IMG/VR virus record: IMGVR_UViG_3300045996_002451
Coordinates: 147,172 to 211,171 of that record
Reading direction: 5' to 3' (one strand)
DNA: 64,000 nucleotides
From: a virus
Taxonomy: Duplodnaviria; Heunggongvirae; Uroviricota; Caudoviricetes
Part shown: positions 62,522-64,000 of the stretch, one piece after another
How positions within the stretch are numbered: the first letter of the stretch is position 1
How the letters are laid out: the number at the start of each line of letters is the position of its first letter
The notes under the pieces: model-generated
Seen by the model: the letters and a program-made list of their open reading frames with translations, nothing else
What the model was told of the DNA's origin: nothing
Databases searched by the model: none
Made by a program: the position numbers and the translations under genes

Positions 62522-62796
62522 CACTCTTCTCCGAAACTATAGACCCGGTTGATGTTGCTGGAAACGGTGGGTCCGCTCACGAGCAACGCGTCCGATCTAG
62601 CGAGGATGGCATGCCGGGGGCAGTAATCCTTTTTGTTGGGCTTGTCGTAGACCCAGCCCTGCTTTTCCAGCGCCTGTCGGGCCACACCCGGCGTGAACTG
62701 CTCATGGTTAAAGAGCGGAGTCGGCATCTGGCAGGCGTCGCAGCAGACGTTGAAGTGTTTAGCTGCTGGACCTTTTCCTCCGCGCCTAGTAATCAT
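62521..62796 (-). CDS. Small zinc-ribbon protein, paralogue E, ending in 'NRVYSFGEE'.
   Basis: 'CCDAC ... GWVYD ... DYCPRH'. Alignable with paralogues A-D. Confidence 0.45.
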   Translation of the reverse strand: MITRRGGKGPAAKHFNVCCDACQMPTPLFNHEQFTPGVARQALEKQGWVYDKPNKKDYCPRHAILARSDALLVSGPTVSSNINRVYSFGEE

Positions 62797-62798
62797 CT

Positions 62799-63134
62799 TC
62801 ACTCCTCAAAATCGTAAACCCGGTTGGGTGACTCAGTCTCTCCGAGCTGATCCGTTTTGTAGCGCAAGTCCACCACGATACCTGCGTCTTCGAGCGCTGA
62901 CTTGGCAATGGCCAGATCGATACGCAGTTGCGTGACCAGACAGCGTGGACAGCTAGGTCCACGGCGACTAGACCCAGGAAGCGGGACATCCCAGCCGCGG
63001 ATCGTCAACTCTTCGCGTAACTCGGCATCGTCCAGCTCGAACGCGGTCTTCCAATTGATCTTTACGTTACAAAACTCACAGCCCACGTCATAAAGCCAAC
63101 TGGAGGACATCTGGGTCTTTCTGAGGTACCGCAT
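62799..63134 (-). CDS. Small zinc-ribbon protein, paralogue D, ending in 'NRVYDFEE'.
   Basis: 'WLYDVGCEFCN ... LTIRGW ... SCPRC'. Confidence 0.45.
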   Translation of the reverse strand: MRYLRKTQMSSSWLYDVGCEFCNVKINWKTAFELDDAELREELTIRGWDVPLPGSSRRGPSCPRCLVTQLRIDLAIAKSALEDAGIVVDLRYKTDQLGETESPNRVYDFEE

Positions 63135-63139
63135 GTGCG

Positions 63140-63421
63140 TTAGTCCTCGAAGTCGTAGATGCGCGTGGGCGAGGTCTTAGCGATGAAGCCCTGGGTGATC
63201 CGATCCTGGCAAACGGGACAGACGTCCATGATCGTATTGGTCTTCTCGTGGATCTCGGTCGTCCAGCCTTCGCTTTTGGCGAGCGCTCGAACCTTGGACT
63301 CCAGACCTGCGCCGCGGGAAAAAGCGGCTCGAAACGCGGTATGGCATCCCGGCACGTTACAGCCAAGGTAATACACCACGAGTTTACTTTCCGCTTCTTT
63401 ACCCCAAGCTGTATCGATCAT
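63140..63421 (-). CDS. Small zinc-ribbon protein, paralogue C, ending in 'TRIYDFED'.
   Basis: 'YYLGCNVPGCH ... LAKSEGW ... DVCPVCQ'. Confidence 0.45.
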   Translation of the reverse strand: MIDTAWGKEAESKLVVYYLGCNVPGCHTAFRAAFSRGAGLESKVRALAKSEGWTTEIHEKTNTIMDVCPVCQDRITQGFIAKTSPTRIYDFED

Positions 63422-63696
63422 TAGGGATCCTCGAAGCTGTAGACGCGGTTGCTCTCTTTTTCAGCTTTTGGTTGGGCTACATCTGTAAGCGCGCACTGTT
63501 CGCAATAGTCCATGCTGGTGACCAAATCAGGTCTAGCGTAGCAGACCCAACCGTGCTTAGCAGAAAGCTCCCGTAAACCTACTGGGTTGTTGTAACCGTC
63601 AAAGCAACCCAGACGCAGTGCCCGCACACACCGATATCCAGAGCAGTAAAGGTAGTACCACGACCAACTGCCCCTGTCCTTAAAGATGTGGAACAT
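63421..63696 (-). CDS. Small zinc-ribbon protein, paralogue B, ending in 'NRVYSFEDP'.
   Basis: 'YYLYCSGYRC ... LSAKHGW ... DYCEQC'. TAATG overlap with paralogue C. Confidence 0.45.
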   Translation of the reverse strand: MFHIFKDRGSWSWYYLYCSGYRCVRALRLGCFDGYNNPVGLRELSAKHGWVCYARPDLVTSMDYCEQCALTDVAQPKAEKESNRVYSFEDP

Positions 63697-63698
63697 GA

Positions 63699-64000
63699 CT
63701 ACTCCTCAAAGCTGTAGATCCGGTTTTGAAGGGTTGGTTCTGGGGATGGCGGTGCTTGTTCGACCTGACATGCCGGACAGACGTCTTTTACATTCATATT
63801 TACAGGCGTAGCAACACTACTACGCCACGACACGCTAAAGTTATCCCAATTGTAGCGTCTCTTTACTTCTGCTCTTAGTTTCGCTCGATCGCTAATAGAG
63901 AGCACGAGATCTCTTTGTACGAGAGCTACCGCATGGTGACACCCGTGAATGTCACAATGAACGAAGTACAGGTACGTGTTACGGTTACTGTCACCTAAGT
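63699..64000 (-). CDS. Small zinc-ribbon protein, paralogue A, ending in 'NRIYSFEE'. Its 5' end is cut by the window edge.
   Basis: The in-frame upstream translation to the window edge gives 'YLYFVHCDIHGCHH ... VKRRYNW ... DVCPACQ', which is the same architecture. The listed GTG start is therefore probably internal. Confidence 0.4.
   Translation of the reverse strand, partial: LGDSNRNTYLYFVHCDIHGCHHAVALVQRDLVLSISDRAKLRAEVKRRYNWDNFSVSWRSSVATPVNMNVKDVCPACQVEQAPPSPEPTLQNRIYSFEE

Noticed and set aside
1-64000. CRISPR array, rRNA, tRNA, integrase / attachment site.
   Set aside because: No direct-repeat/spacer periodicity, no rRNA-like conserved blocks and no obvious tRNA T-loop (GGTTCGAnTCC) contexts were seen by eye. 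No tyrosine or serine recombinase motifs were found in any ORF. tRNAscan-SE/Infernal would be needed to exclude small RNAs formally.

Overview
The window reads as one contiguous ~64 kb stretch of a high-GC tailed-phage genome. I found no host housekeeping genes, integrase, rRNA, tRNA or CRISPR array by eye. Positions 1-48.9 kb are transcribed on the + strand. The first ~31 kb is a contractile-tail-type baseplate and tail-fibre module: a peptidase M15 lysin, a gp25/W-like protein, a baseplate-J-like protein, two paralogous fibre proteins, a beta-helix tailspike, and four large proteins with discoidin-like motifs. Three glycosyltransferase genes, including a 916-aa tri-domain enzyme, are embedded in this module. 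An early / DNA-metabolism block follows, with dCTP deaminase, dCMP deaminase, a P-loop kinase, a RecA/DnaB-like ATPase, a GIY-YIG endonuclease, a GroES-like protein, a sigma-70-family sigma factor and a RecB/Cas4-like nuclease. After a convergent bidirectional terminator at ~48.95 kb, positions 49.2-64 kb are transcribed on the - strand. This arm encodes an SPFH (HflK/C-like) protein pair with a small membrane protein, CTP synthase, a lambda-type Ser/Thr phosphatase, a tandem ThyX-like protein, and many small proteins. The most unusual signals fall into three groups. First, there is a tandem array of at least six paralogous small zinc-ribbon proteins. A terminal R-h-Y-[DS]-F-[DE]-[DE] motif (h = hydrophobic) is shared by at least 11 adjacent early proteins, and its FE[ED] codons supply the downstream gene's Shine-Dalgarno sequence. 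Second, three families of recurrent intergenic DNA motifs occur. Motif A is GTTAC-N4-GTAAC at 12 sites. Motif B is GTATGACGCGTCATAC at 5 sites. Motif C is GGGTAACAT abutting start codons. Third, the glycosyltransferase cluster sits inside the fibre genes, which suggests virion or receptor glycan modification. Several long antisense ORFs from the six-frame track are rejected as GC-driven artefacts.
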